A stretch of DNA of 60,000 nt from Camelus dromedarius (taxonomy: Eukaryota). The stretch's first letter is position 1. The number at the start of each line of letters is the position of its first letter. Shown piece after piece: positions 1-11,760 of this stretch. Location of the stretch: contig NC_087437.1 in NCBI RefSeq assembly GCF_036321535.1, positions 114,950,001 to 115,010,000 of the forward strand, in the 5' to 3' direction. The translations under genes were made by a program, and so were the position numbers. The notes under the pieces are model-generated. The model was not told where the DNA came from. It saw only the letters and a list, made by a program, of their open reading frames with translations, and ran no database searches.

Positions 1-1474
1 CGGGGAGAAAACCTAGGGACCTGACATCTTGGTCCCAGGAGATAACCCCGGCCTGAGCCTGCGGGAGAAGCACTGCATCATGAGCTCAGGCTGTTCTTGG
101 CTCTTCATCTCGAAGGCCTCTGGGGTTCAGCTGCCTGTGTGCATGGAATGTTCTGGAAGAGCGAGAACCCTCTCCCCTTCCCCAACCCACTCTTCTCAGT
201 TACGTACATCTAGCCGGGCTCCCCCTGCACCACACAGTAGGTCCCAAGGCAGACTCACAGGGGTGTGAAAATAAGGGTTGTCCCAAAGCTTCCAGGGAAG
301 GGGTGACTTCCTGACCGACTTTATGGGCCCCAAGGCCTGCAGGAAATTCCAGGGATGGGGGTGGGGATCCTGGTGGGAGCAATTCAGGCTGCAGGCCTGA
401 GTGGCTGCATGTCTCAGCATGGGTGCGGGATGGGCGTGCGAGCTGTGTGACCCCACTGAGCACCTGCTGGGACACAACCTGGGTGGAAGGGGCGGGGGAG
501 GAAGGAAGGGGAAGCAGGCCCCTCTCAGTGGCCCCTTAAGTGACACGGCTCCTGGGAGGTGGTGGAGACAGCAGCCATGCAAGTTCTGAGTGGCAGGAGC
601 GTGGGCATCCCTGAGTCCCCATCATGAGAATGTGGTCCCCTCCCCCGCCCTGGGCCTTTGACTCATCCGCCCCCAACCCAGGCCTCCATGGAGCCACCAG
701 CCCATCTCACCCCATCCTGCACCTCACACCCCACCCACCCTCCCTGGCCCAGGCTGGCCCCGGGGGGACCAGCTGCCTACCTCCTGGAAGGAAGCCTGGG
801 GCAGGTTGCCACATCTCTCCAACTTCACCTTCTCCGGCACAACAAAGAATACCAGAGCCACATCTGTTGCTGTAAAAATCAAATGCCTGAAACTTGTGAG
901 AATCCTTCTTAGAGCAGGAATAAACAGAAGGCTTCCCTCTTCAAAGGCAGAAGTTGGCGGCGGGGCTTGGGGCGGGGGGGCGGGTCCTTGGCTTCACCAT
1001 CTCCCAAAGCTGAGTCCTCCAGGCTCGCCTTTGGAGTGGAAAAGAGGGCAGTGATTAAGGAATTAGGAACACCTGCTGGCAAGCCAAATTTCACCCCTTT
1101 GCATGGTTCCTTCTGGAGCGAATCCAAGCATCCCATTTGGCAGGTGGCTATTTCGGGCAGGCCAGAGCAAAGACAACCGACAAGGCTGGTTACCAGCTAA
1201 AACCAAGTAAAACCAATTTTAAACTAAAATTTTAAGTAAGTTTCAAATGGTAACATTCACCAGCTTAAGACCACCTGGAACACAGTCACACACCATTAGG
1301 TGTACTAGCTTGGAAGGGAGAACAGGGGGAACCACAGAACATCTCAGATGGGGAACCAGGAAGGATGAAAGTGTAGGAGTTAGCAGGGGCTCTTCCATGG
1401 GTGCATCAGAGGATGAGTCTTGGGAGAGCCAGTCAACTTGTAATTAAGGCAAGTTGCCGGAACGACATCCTATC

Positions 1475-1574
1475 TTATTTATTTATTTTTCCTCCTTCTC
1501 AGAGGCACTGGGGATTGAGCCCAGGACCTCATGCACACCAAGCACATGCTCTACCGCTGAGCTACCCCCCACCC
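1475..1574 (-). mobile_element. tRNA-derived SINE, camelid vic-1 type
   Basis: Reverse complement reads GGGGGGTAGCTCAGCGGTAGAGCATGTGCTT...GAGGTCCTGGGCTCAATCCCCAGTGCCTC with an A-rich tail; Pol III A- and B-box-like motifs. Confidence 0.85.
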
Positions 1575-2016
1575 TGTCTTATCTCAAGAACACATGAAAA
1601 ACATGTGAATCTGAGCAGAGTTACCTGAGATCAGCTCGTCCGTGGTCTCGTTAAGAACGTGGATCTAAACGAGCTTGGTTTGTCTCGCGTGTCATGGTTT
1701 AATATGGATTATTGTTTGGGGGTCACAGCACAGGTCTGTAAGCTGTGGCTCCTGTTTCAGTTCTGTTTCCTCTCACAACCTCACCACCAGCGGGTTCATT
1801 TCTTACTTTATCAGACATAACTTTCAAAATGCTGCCACATCAATACGATAAGCACCTTGTCTTGATGTATCAACCTTAGACCAAAATCATATAACTGGTA
1901 GCTGTGAAAGATGTGACTCAGTTTACTTGACCACCCCCAACACCCCCACCTTCTCCCCACTTTTGTTAGTTTTATTCCCTTTGGTTCTCCTACTGGTTGT
2001 ATTTATAACTCTAAAG

Positions 2017-2223
2017 CAGTAGTTCTGGGGGCGACCCCCTTGGGCGTGTGTGGTGGAGGGGGCGTGCATTTGGCAATGCCTGGGGACAGTTTTGGGTTGT
2101 TACAACTTGGGGATGCTGTTAACATTAGCATTGCCGCCAAACGTCTTACGATGCACAGGACAGCCGCCACAACAGAGAGTTCTCCAGCCCAAACCGTAAC
2201 GGTGCCAAGGCTGAGACACTCTG
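2017..2223 (+). mobile_element. MER20 (hAT-Charlie DNA transposon)
   Basis: CAGTAGTTCT...CATTTGGCAATGCCTGGGGACA...ATGCACAGGACAGCC...GGCTGAGACACTCTG, flanked by a degenerate 8-bp TSD (CTCTAAAG / CTTTAAAC). Confidence 0.85.
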
Positions 2224-2530
2224 CTTTAAACAGTACATCAAAAATGTCTTGGGAAAGAAAAACACCATATGATATCGCCTATGTGTGCAATCTAAAAAAA
2301 AAAAAATGGCACAAATGAACTACATATTATTTATAGCTTAGATAATTGATTTCTTGAATATGTGTAAGCACATTTGACTGTCCTTTATGATTGGATTACT
2401 ACATTCTGTTGATTCTTATTCTGTGATTGGCTTTATTCCTTTGATAACTATGTAAGTTTAAAAAGCTAAAGCTCTAAACTATTCTCGGAAACAACAAACA
2501 GTACATATATGTAAATTAAAAAAAAAAAAG

Positions 2531-2780
2531 AAATATCCAGAATAGGTAAATCCAAAGAGGGAGAATGCATATTGGTGGTTACCAGGGGCTGGGAGGAGGG
2601 TGCCAACAGAGAGAAAGTGCTTAATGTGTAAGAGGTTTTATTTTGGGTGATGGAAGTGTTTTGGAACTAGACAGAAGTGGTGTTTGCACAACATGGTGAA
2701 TGTACTGAATGCCACTGAATTGTTCATTTTTAAATGGCTAATTTCTAGATTGTGAATTTCACCTCAGTAAATTATGTAAA
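2531..2780 (+). mobile_element. L1MB-like LINE-1 3' UTR fragment
   Basis: TCCAGAATAGGTAAATCC...GGTTACCAGGGGCTGGG...AATGCCACTGAATTGTTCATTTTTAAATGGCTAA...GTGAATTTCACCTCA. Confidence 0.8.
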
Positions 2781-3499
2781 TAAATGAATAATGAAATACC
2801 AACAAAAACACAAATCTCTTGGTTGATCAACTTTAGACAACACTGGACTTTGCATCCTCTGTGATGAAGACATGTGGTCTCTCTGATTCATTTCCGTCTC
2901 TTCCCTCTCTTTCAGTCCCACCAAGGTCTGATCATCTACATTCTATTTAGAGCAATAACTGAGAATTGGTTGGTTCTAAAATACAAAACCCAATAAAGTT
3001 TTTACAACACTGTGATTATGTAAATATTGGTCTCTGAACCATGCAATGTGATTCAACCTATGAAGGAAATATAATGCTTTGCCATCAACTTGGGTCCCTC
3101 CAAGGAGACAGAGCCAGGTATCAGGGTCAACTGGACCCTTTCTTCTTACGCCTCATCACTAGCTCAAATGATGCTTCCCATTGAACCATGACATCCTTGT
3201 ACAGTTTCTTGGGTTTGATGGAGTTGTAACTGAACTGTCTTTTTAACCATTTGTTCAAGAAAGAAGCATATTCCTTCACCCCCTCAGAAGATCATCCAGA
3301 TTTCCTAATCGCACTATTTGTTAAGAGAATCTGGTTTTACCTCAAAGCCGTGCTCCCTAACATCTGTTCTTCTGGTCCTAATTTAGAATGCTTGCTTTCC
3401 AGATCCACTGAGTGGCTCTCATCCTGACACATCTTTTCTGTTTTCTCCTGGGTTAGGGTTATGAGTGTCTGCAGCCTTGTCTTCCCTCCATGGGATTAT

Positions 3500-3802
3500 T
3501 TTATTTTATTATTGGCATTGCTTTAATTTCATTTTTATTTTCATTTTATTTAAAATTTTTAAAATTGAAGGATAGCTGATTTACAATGTTGTGTCAGTTT
3601 CAGGGGTACAGCAAACCGATTCAGTTTTAAATATGTGTATGTTCTTTTTCTGATTCTTCTCCATTATAGGTTATTACAGGATACCAAAAATTGTTCCCTG
3701 TGCTATACAGGAGGTCCTTATTATCTATTTTATATATAATAGTGTGTATCTGTTAATCTCAAACTCCTAATTTATACCGCCCCCTTCCCCTTTGGTAACC
3801 AT
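3500..3802 (-). mobile_element. Cetartiodactyl-type L1 3' UTR fragment
   Basis: T-rich tail, then TTGAAGGATAGCTGATTTACAATGTTGTG...TTCCCTGTGCTATACAG...CCCCTTTGGTAACCAT; reverse complement of the L1 ends at 14135 and 31092. Confidence 0.85.
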
Positions 3803-3839
3803 CATTGGATTCTTTCTAGCTCCAAGAGGTGGTAAATTC

Positions 3840-4070
3840 CAGTGGTTAGGTGCAACTTCCAGGGCTGCCACGTAATAGCTGCATGACCCTGGACAAATTC
3901 CCTAATCTTTCTATGTCTCAGTTTCCTTGTGTATAAAATGGGATTAAATGATAAATATAGTAACCCAACTCAGGGTAATTGTGAGGATAAAATTAGTTCA
4001 TGCATGTAAAGTGTTTAAAACAGTGCCTGGCATTTAGTAAGCTCTCAACAGTTACTAGCTATTATTGTCA
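3840..4070 (+). mobile_element. MIR SINE
   Basis: Core TGTCTCAGTTTCCTTGTGTATAAAATGGG and 3' AACAGTGCCTGGCATTTAGTAAGCTCTCAA. Confidence 0.85.
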
Positions 4071-4074
4071 TGAT

Positions 4075-4919
4075 TTTACTGGAGCACATCCTTAAGTAAT
4101 TTTCCAAGACAAATTACATGGAAGGTAAAACTTTCTGAGTCTTTTCATACATGAAATGTCTTTATTTTGCCATCTCCTATGATCGACAGGTTGCTAAAGT
4201 TCTATGTTTGAAATCACTTTCCTTCAGAACTTTGAAGGCATTGTCCTGTTTTCTTACATTCAGGGTTGCTGATGGGATATTCAACGCAAATGTGATTCTT
4301 GTCCCTTTGTGTGTGTGTGTGTGTGTATCTATATCTATATCTATATAGAGAGAGATACCTGTTCTTTGCATTTGACTTTTTAAGGTCTTCCCTTTAGTTT
4401 GATGTCTGGACATTTCAGAAGGCTGTGTCTAGGTGTGACATTTGACGTATTCAACTTGCCCAGTATTTTTTGAACCCTCGAGCTGAGACTGTGTTTCTCT
4501 TCAGCTCTGATAGACTTATTTGAAGCTCTGGTAATTTCCTTCTATTATTTTTTTCTGAATATTTCCTCCTTTCAATTTTCTTCTTTTATATTTTTGCAAC
4601 TGCTATCTGATAAAATGCTGAACTTACTCAACTGATCCTCTCCGTCATCTACATTTTCTTTCTTATTTCCATCTTTTTGTTCTGGAATATTGCCTTTACT
4701 CTTTCTTCCAAGCCTTTTACTAGAGGTTTTATTTTGATCGAGATATTTTTAATTTTCAAGAACTCTTCCTTATTCTCTAAGGGCTCCTTTTTCAGCACAA
4801 CCATTCTTATCTTATAAATGCAATTATCTTCTAAAATTTCTCTAAGATACTTATTGGAAGTTTGGGTAGAAATTTTGTTTTGAGTCCTTGTCTGTTGCCT
4901 AATTTATCTATTCTTTCTC
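4075..4919 (-). mobile_element. Ancient L1M ORF1-region relic (interrupted by a younger L1)
   Basis: Minus-strand peptide ITFALNIPSATLNVRKQDNAFKVLKESDFKHRTL resembles the L1 ORF1p C-terminal region; strong T-rich skew. Contains a (TG)n/(TATC)n-type microsatellite at about 4309-4355. Confidence 0.7.
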
Positions 4920-4935
4920 TGGCATCAATTATTCT

Positions 4936-5556
4936 TTTTTTAACTTTTTTTTATTGATTTATAATCATTTTACAATGTTGTGTCAAATTCCAGTGTAGAG
5001 CACAATTTTTCAGTTATACATGAACATATATATTCATTGTCACTTTTTTTCTCTGTGAGCTACCATAAGATCTTGTATATATTTCCCTGTGCTGTACAGT
5101 ATAATCTTGTTTATCTATTCTACAATTTTGAAATCCCAGTCTATCTCTTCCCAACCCCCTGCCCCCTTGGCAACCACAAGTTTATATTCTATGTCTGTGA
5201 ATCTATTTCTGTTTTGTATTTATGCTTTGTTTGTTTGTTTTTTTAGATGCCACACATGAGCGATCTCATGTGGTATTTTTCTTTCTCTTTCTGGCTTACT
5301 TCACTTAGAATAACATTCTCCAGGAGCATCCATGTTGCTGCAAATGGCGTTATGTTGTCGGTTTTTATGGCTGAGTAGTATTCCATTGTATAAATATACC
5401 ACATCTTCTTTATCCAGTCATCTGTTGATGGCATTTAGGCTGTTTCCATGTCTTGGCTATTGTAAATAATGCTGCTATGAACATTGGGGTGCAGGTGTCA
5501 TCCTGAAGTAGGGTTCCTTCTGGATATATGCCCAGGAGCAGGATTCCTGGGCCATA
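4936..5556 (-). mobile_element. Young 5'-truncated L1 with perfect 16-bp TSD
   Basis: Encodes the ORF2p C-terminal [23 protein letters not shown]; poly-T at the left end; TSD TGGCATCAATTATTCT at 4920-4935 and 5557-5572. Confidence 0.95.
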
Positions 5557-7032
5557 TGGCATCAATTATTCTATTTCTCATCTTGGTTCTCCTGCTTGGG
5601 GCTATTATTCCTTTTAATGTATGGTGCTCCGTGGTTGCCACTCATATTTATAATAAAAAAGACAGGGTCGGTTAATAGCAGTAGCAATTTTCTCTGTGAT
5701 TGTGTGAGTCTGACCAACTGCCTGGATGAGCTGCGAATCATGAAGCATTTGTTCTCTGTCCTGTCATATCCACCACCTCTCCTGTCCCCCTCTCCCCACA
5801 TAGACCACTCGCTCCTTCCCTCTACTGGATTCTTCCCCCCAGCAACTGGCCCCTCCAACAATGGCAACAAGTCCACCCCTCCAGTGTAAGCCAGCCTAAA
5901 ATACCTCTGCAAGGGCTTTGGCAGCATTGGAGCACTTCCCAAGGATAACCCCTTGGTGCCAGGTTATTACATTTCCCAGGTGCCCAATAGATGTTTGTTG
6001 CTCATCCAAAGTGAGGATCAGCATTTTGTGGAAAGGGTGTTAGAAATCCTGAAATTAATGCACCCAAGCAATTCGAAGTAGCTGGGTCAGTCTGCTGGTG
6101 TCCGCATGTAATCTGGAGGTGCTACAACCTAACCAACCAGGCTAGGGAGTCCATTTGGGACAGTGGCCCCTGGAGAGCCGTCGTGGCACTGTCAGACTGC
6201 TGTAGAGCCACCGACAGCCATCAAAGTGGATCCTGGGTTTTCAGATTTAAGGCAGTGGCTTGGAATTGAATAATACAGTCCTGGACTCGTGGCTGAGGCA
6301 GAAATCCTATCTTCATTTCTTTCTGCCTTTTGTATATAATGGGATCCCAACAAACTGAGGTCTGGAGATAGACAGAACCAGTCCTAGGAGCCAGAAAGCT
6401 ATTTCTGGCAGCCAACACATTCCTGGGATCAGGATGAGTGATAGTTGCATACGTTTTCCTCTCTGAGGGGGCTGCAGTGGGGACTGAGTACAGGTTAGTT
6501 ACTATCAACTAAATTACCATCAACTGTACTGTAGAATCACGTTCAAGCTGAACTACGAGATGCAAGAGAAACAATGCTGCTGAAGAAAGATTTTCCAATG
6601 AAAGAGTTTTTAAAAAAAAATCCATTGGTTTCAATGGCAGTGGTTAAACAAGAGTGTTTTGAACTCTGTGTAACCAAGGAATTCAAAGCCAATCTGCATG
6701 CCCCGTCCCGGTTGACCAGTTCTCCAGGTGAAGTGGTAAACACCAGAGACTGGATCAAGAGTAAGAGCAGAACCTGTGCCTTCCTCAGTTCCTTGTTCTG
6801 ATTAAAAACACAAAGGCCTATACTCAACCCCCAACCCCTTCACTGACTAATCCGTGGCATCCACTTGACCACCACGGGTAGGTTTTCTCACTCATGATTT
6901 TAAAAAATAGGTTCAGTTTAATTATTCTGGGCTAACTGCATTTGGCTCTCAGTTTCTCCTAGAAATTGGAAGTTGAAGAATCCTTTTGTTTCTCTTAATA
7001 AGCTACTGTAATCATCATAATAAACTAATAAT

Positions 7033-7417
7033 TAATTAGTTTCATAGGGCTTCCGTAAGAAAGAACTACAAACTGGGTGGTTTAAAACAACAGAAATGTT
7101 TTTCTCGCAGTTCTGGGTGCTGGTGGGATTGGCTCCTTCTTGGAGGCTCAGAGAGAAGGAGAGTCTGCTCCGTGCCTCTCTCCTAATTTCCGGTGGTGGC
7201 TGGGAACTCTTGGAGTTCCTTGCTTTGTAGCCACATCTTTCCCACCTCTGCCTCTGTCGTCACATGGCTGTCTCCACTGTGTTTCTCTGCGTCCATTCTC
7301 CTGTTAACTTACATCTTAATTACATCTGCAAAGAACCTATTTCTGAATAAGGCCACATTCCCAGGTACCAGGGGTTAGGACTTGAACATATCTCTTGGGG
7401 GCACCCAACCCACAAAA
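7033..7417 (-). mobile_element. MaLR LTR (MLT1B/C-like)
   Basis: ACAAACTGGGTGGTTTAAAACAACAGAAAT...TACATCTGCAAAGAACCTATTTCTGAATAAGGCCACATTC...GGGGTTAGGACTTGAACATATCT. Confidence 0.85.
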
Positions 7418-8805
7418 TCTGTCTACCGAGGCCCACAAACATTGGTCTGGTTACATCCCAGGAGGTGGGAATCTAGGAGGCTATCAGACAAAAAGAAAAA
7501 AAAATCCCAGATCCTGATCCCAAGTTCTCAGCCTGTGACTATGCACACTGTGTCCAACAGTGACTTTAAAGGATCCCAGTGGTTGGTTATGTTGAAATCT
7601 GCCAAAGACTTCTAACGCTGAGACCCAGAAAGCCCCAGGGATCTAAGCTCCCAGTCCTGATCCCCAAAGCAGTCCACCATCTGGGTCACTAGGTTGTGGG
7701 GAGGCTGCCCTGATGGTCTCCGTGTCACAGAACCAGCCCGCGCAGCCTTCCTCTGCCACCTGCAGAGCCATCCACAGTGTATCGTACTGCTCCGAGCATC
7801 TAACAGAAGGCAGGATGTGGCTTTGCATGGTAGTTTGAAATGATCAAGAAAATACATATTTACCAAAATATGAGCTGCACTAGGATGTCCGGATGCTGAG
7901 TGTCAGTGCCCCGCGGATCAGCGTTTAACAGCCGGGGCAACAGGCCATCGGTTTCACAGGGCTGATTTGAATAATGTTTCCCACTGTGCAGGCGATGCAG
8001 GGAAAAATGGCACACGGATTGGTTTATAGGGAAGCACAGAAATGGAGGGGGAAAGGAAAAAATACAACTCCAAGTGGTGGGGGTGGGGGTGGAGACAAAA
8101 GGCTAAGAGGAAAAATAAATGTACAAGTGTACCTCTTAAGTCCCACAGATCTGCAGGGATTTGTAACTCAGGAAAACCCCAAAGTGAAACACAAATCAAA
8201 AAGTGACCAAGAGCCATAATCCACATTCCTAAATAAGTTGTCTTTTCCGGTAATGAAAAAAGAATACGACCGTAAATACACACTATCTCTCTCCATCATT
8301 ACAGCTTCTTTCATTTCTTCCTTAAAATATTACAAAGCAAACAAATCCTGCATTCTAATCCATTATAAACCAGTTCCATATCTAATCAACTTGAAGCCAA
8401 AGCCATATGGGCTGTGCACACATTAAAAAAAAAAGTAATTCTAAGATAAGCAAAACAGGAAATTGGAGGTTGATGATGATGAAACTGATACCCAAATGGT
8501 AATCTGAGCAGTAAAGTCACTAAACCCTTCCTGCACCATAAACCAAGCTTCTTGGGATGCGTTTCGCTTTCCTTCCCTTGAGGCCTGGCAGTAGGTTACA
8601 CCAGTTAGTGCAAATCATCATCTTTTGCTTTCTTACCCCCATGCCGGCAAAATGTGCTGGGGCTGCGGGATCCGAGTGCACCAGGCGTTCCCATCTGCTC
8701 CAGCAAACGCTGTGTGGTCCACCCTTCTGCCGAAGTCCCAGGAAAGGGCAGATGGATCCACCTTGGTTTCCCAGTGTCTGCAAAAGCCACCCTGCTCGTC
8801 TGGAC

Positions 8806-8993
8806 CGGGCTCCTCAACCTCAGCGCTGGTCACACTTTGGCCCCAGTTCCTTGTCGGATGTTTAGCCGCACCCCTGGCCTCTACCCACTAGATGCCAGTA
8901 GCAACCCTTTCAGTTGTGAGGATCAAAAAGATCTCCAGGCATTGCCAAAAGTCGCGGGGAATGGGGACAAATCGCCTGCAGCCAAGAACCATC
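8806..8993 (-). mobile_element. MER20 (hAT-Charlie)
   Basis: CCCTGGCCTCTACCCACTAGATGCCAGTAGCA...CTCCAGGCATTGCCAAA...AAATCGCC...AAGAACCA is the reverse complement of MER20. Confidence 0.85.
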
Positions 8994-9094
8994 TATTTAA
9001 AGGGGCTTTCTCTGGAAAGAGCTCAAATCATGCATTTCAGAAAGTGAGACTTGGTTAGTCTCCACAGGGGCAATAAGTTATGAAACTTTGGACT

Positions 9095-9270
9095 TGAATG
9101 TCACCTTCTCCGTAAGACCTCCCCTGGTCGCCCTATTTACACTACTATTTCCGTTACTTACTTATCATGTTCATTATTTAATATTCTCTCTCCTCTGCTA
9201 GAGTGTATGCTAGTCAGGGCAAATAGTGGGCGATTAAAAAATAATTGTTCAATAAATGAATGGATGGATG
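9095..9270 (+). mobile_element. L2 3' fragment
   Basis: AATGTCACCTTCTCCGTAAGACCTCCCCTG...ending in an AATAAATGAATGGATGG tail. Confidence 0.65.
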
Positions 9271-10511
9271 CCAAATTCCACACGTTGGGACAATGAAGAG
9301 ATGCATGCTGGGTGGCGACCACAGCCACGGACCTGCGGGGTCTTCCTTTCCAGCTCTGCTTCTCACCCAGACATATCGATGCCCAGTGGGAGAGGAGTGG
9401 TCTCCTCCCCACCTCTTTTCAAAAGCCAGGAAGCTTTCCCACAGCCCCTGAGGGATTTCCCCTCCCCACATCTCGTTGGCCGAACCTGAGTCCCAAGCTC
9501 ATCCCCAATTCAGTCCTTTACAAGGGAAATGGACCGACCTTAATCAGCCCAAACTAGATTCACTCCTCAGCTGCAGATTGGATACTTTCTCCAAAGAGGG
9601 GACACCTGAACAAAAGCACAGATGTAGCCACAAAGGGGAAGAGGAGCAGGTCACCAAGCAACGTCAGGATCACCTCCAGGAACAAGAGCCCAGAAAGCAT
9701 CCATGTGTAGGTCATGTGGTCAACAGGGCTTTGTCCTGAGGACCTCCTGTCCTCTCTGGGCCCTGGCCGCTGGTGGCTTCCCTTTCATCTTATGTCCATC
9801 CTGTGTACCCTTCCACAGGGCCGGTGTCAGCAGTCACTAACCCTGACCCTCAAGTAGCACCGGCTTATGGTATTACCTTTCCCTGGGGACATTAGGACTT
9901 TCTTGGGACCCTCAATGTCCTACAAGTCTTTCATATGCAAAGGAATTAACCTCTAATGGCCAAACATTGGATTAATGGGTATTAATTTCTTGGGATTAAT
10001 GTCAAAAGAATTGTCAAGGTGTAACTCAAAGTACCTCCCTGAAGCCCCAGCCTCCTCTACCATTTTATTATATCAGTATGGAATCCCCAGTCTCTGCAGC
10101 CAAGTTCTCTGATGCCTCTCAGGGCCTCATCACTGCCTGTTCCCACAGCACCCCCAATGCCTTGTCCACAGGAGGTGATTTGTTGAGTGAATGGACTCCT
10201 TTTCTGGGTCAAAGCTTTTCTTCCATTCCAGTATTGAAAAGGGGGAGGAAGCTGACACCTTGGGTCCTGGGGGCTATATATTCCCCTTCTCCAGGCAACC
10301 CAGACCAGCTGGAGACCCTTCCAGAAGATGTAGACAGTGACAGAGCCTTGGCTGAGGACCAGAGAAGGCCCATCAACCCAGGGCAAGCAGGCCTGCATTG
10401 TTCCAGCTGAAAAAGCATCCCCAGTCCTCTGATATGCTGGGGCCAGTGGTGCAGTGGGGGGGCTTCTGGTCGGGACCCAAGCCCACAGTTACAGCTTCCG
10501 CACTACCTAGG

Positions 10512-10963
10512 TGTACTAGTCAGGGTTCTCCAGAGAAACAGAACCAATCAGGTGTGTGTGTGCTCATTATAAGGAATGGCTCACACAGTGATGGAGGCTG
10601 AGATGTCCCATGACCTACGGCTGGCAAACTGGAGACCCAGGAGAGCTGATGTATTTCCAGTCCAACAGCTGGCAGGCTCAAAACCCAAGGCGAGCCTGTG
10701 TTTCAGTTTAAATCTGAAGGCCCAGCTCAAGGCAGTCAGACAGGAGAAGTTCCTCCTTATTTGGCAAGGGCAAGCCTTTTGTTCTTTGCTTTAAACTGAT
10801 TGCATGAGGCCCACCCATGTTAGGGAGGGCAATCTGCTCTACTTGGTCTACCAATTCAAATGTTATCTCATCAGAAAACACCCCCACAGGAACACCCAGA
10901 ATGTTTGGCCAAATATCTGGGTACCCCATGGCCCAGTAAAGTCACATAAAATTAACCATCACA
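10512..10963 (-). mobile_element. ERVL solo LTR (MLT2B-like)
   Basis: TGTACTAGTCAGGGTTCTCCAGAGAAACAGAACCAAT...CATAAAATTAACCATCACA, TG...CA termini, 5-bp TSD CTAGG / CTGGG. Confidence 0.9.
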
Positions 10964-11097
10964 CTGGGTGACCCTGGGCAAGGGAGCCTCACTGAGCCTC
11001 AGTTTACTCATCTGTAATCTACAAAGTGGGGATAATGACATCCACTTCAGGGGATACTGGGGATTAAATGAGATCATAGGTGCACAGTGCTTGGCAC
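10964..11097 (+). mobile_element. MIR fragment
   Basis: GTGACCCTGGGCAAG...CTGAGCCTCAGTTTACTCATCTGTAA...GGATTAAATGAGAT. Confidence 0.8.
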
Positions 11098-11509
11098 TTT
11101 TCCTGTCCTGCTTTCTCCCAATAAAGCATCCACAGCATCTTCTCTGACAGGACTCTCTGCTACATGGACTCCTTAGACCCAGGCCAGTCACTGCTCTGCA
11201 GATGGCCTACGGACTCAATCTTAGCAGCCTCTTCCTGTTTTACCCCAAGGCCTGGGTTCATGGTAACAGACTCAGCCCCTTGGCTGCCTGGCTTGTGAGC
11301 ACCCTGGACCCATGTGCAGCCGGGCCTGAGGTGGTGCTCCTTCTGCTGCCCTGGGACATCCACAGGTGCCTGCCTGGCCTGAGCCAGGTGCTCCCTGTGC
11401 TTCTGCAGTCATCTCAGTCTAAGGGAGAGTCTCATATCCAACCAGGTAAACTCCGTATGCCGTGCATGCGTGTTCTTTCTTAGACTCACGTGACCACCTT
11501 GCCCCAGTG

Positions 11510-11760
11510 TGTGTCTTCTCTGTTAGTTGGGGGAAAGCTAAGCTCTCTGGCTTCAGACCACAGAAGTTTATTTCTCTCTTAAAGAGTTCCAGATGCCTAG
11601 GGCAGATCAGATCCACATGGTCACACAGGAACCCAGCTCCTTTCCCCTGTGTTGCTCCCCCGTCTTCCTGGCTTTCTCATTGTCTACAGGCCTGAATTGC
11701 CACCAAGTCTGGATTCCAGCCAGTGGGAAGGGGAAAGAGTATGCAGAACATGAGGCTTGC
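11510..11760 (-). mobile_element. Old MaLR LTR fragment (MLT1J-like)
   Basis: GGCTTCAGACCACAGAAGTTTATTTCTCTCT...GGAACCCAGCTCCTTTCC...TTCCAGCCAGTGGGAAGGGG; highly diverged. Confidence 0.5.

Noticed and set aside
1240..1780. Possible ERV LTR interrupted by the SINE at 1475
   Set aside because: LTR-like appearance (ends ...CTCACA) but I cannot match a family or find a TSD.
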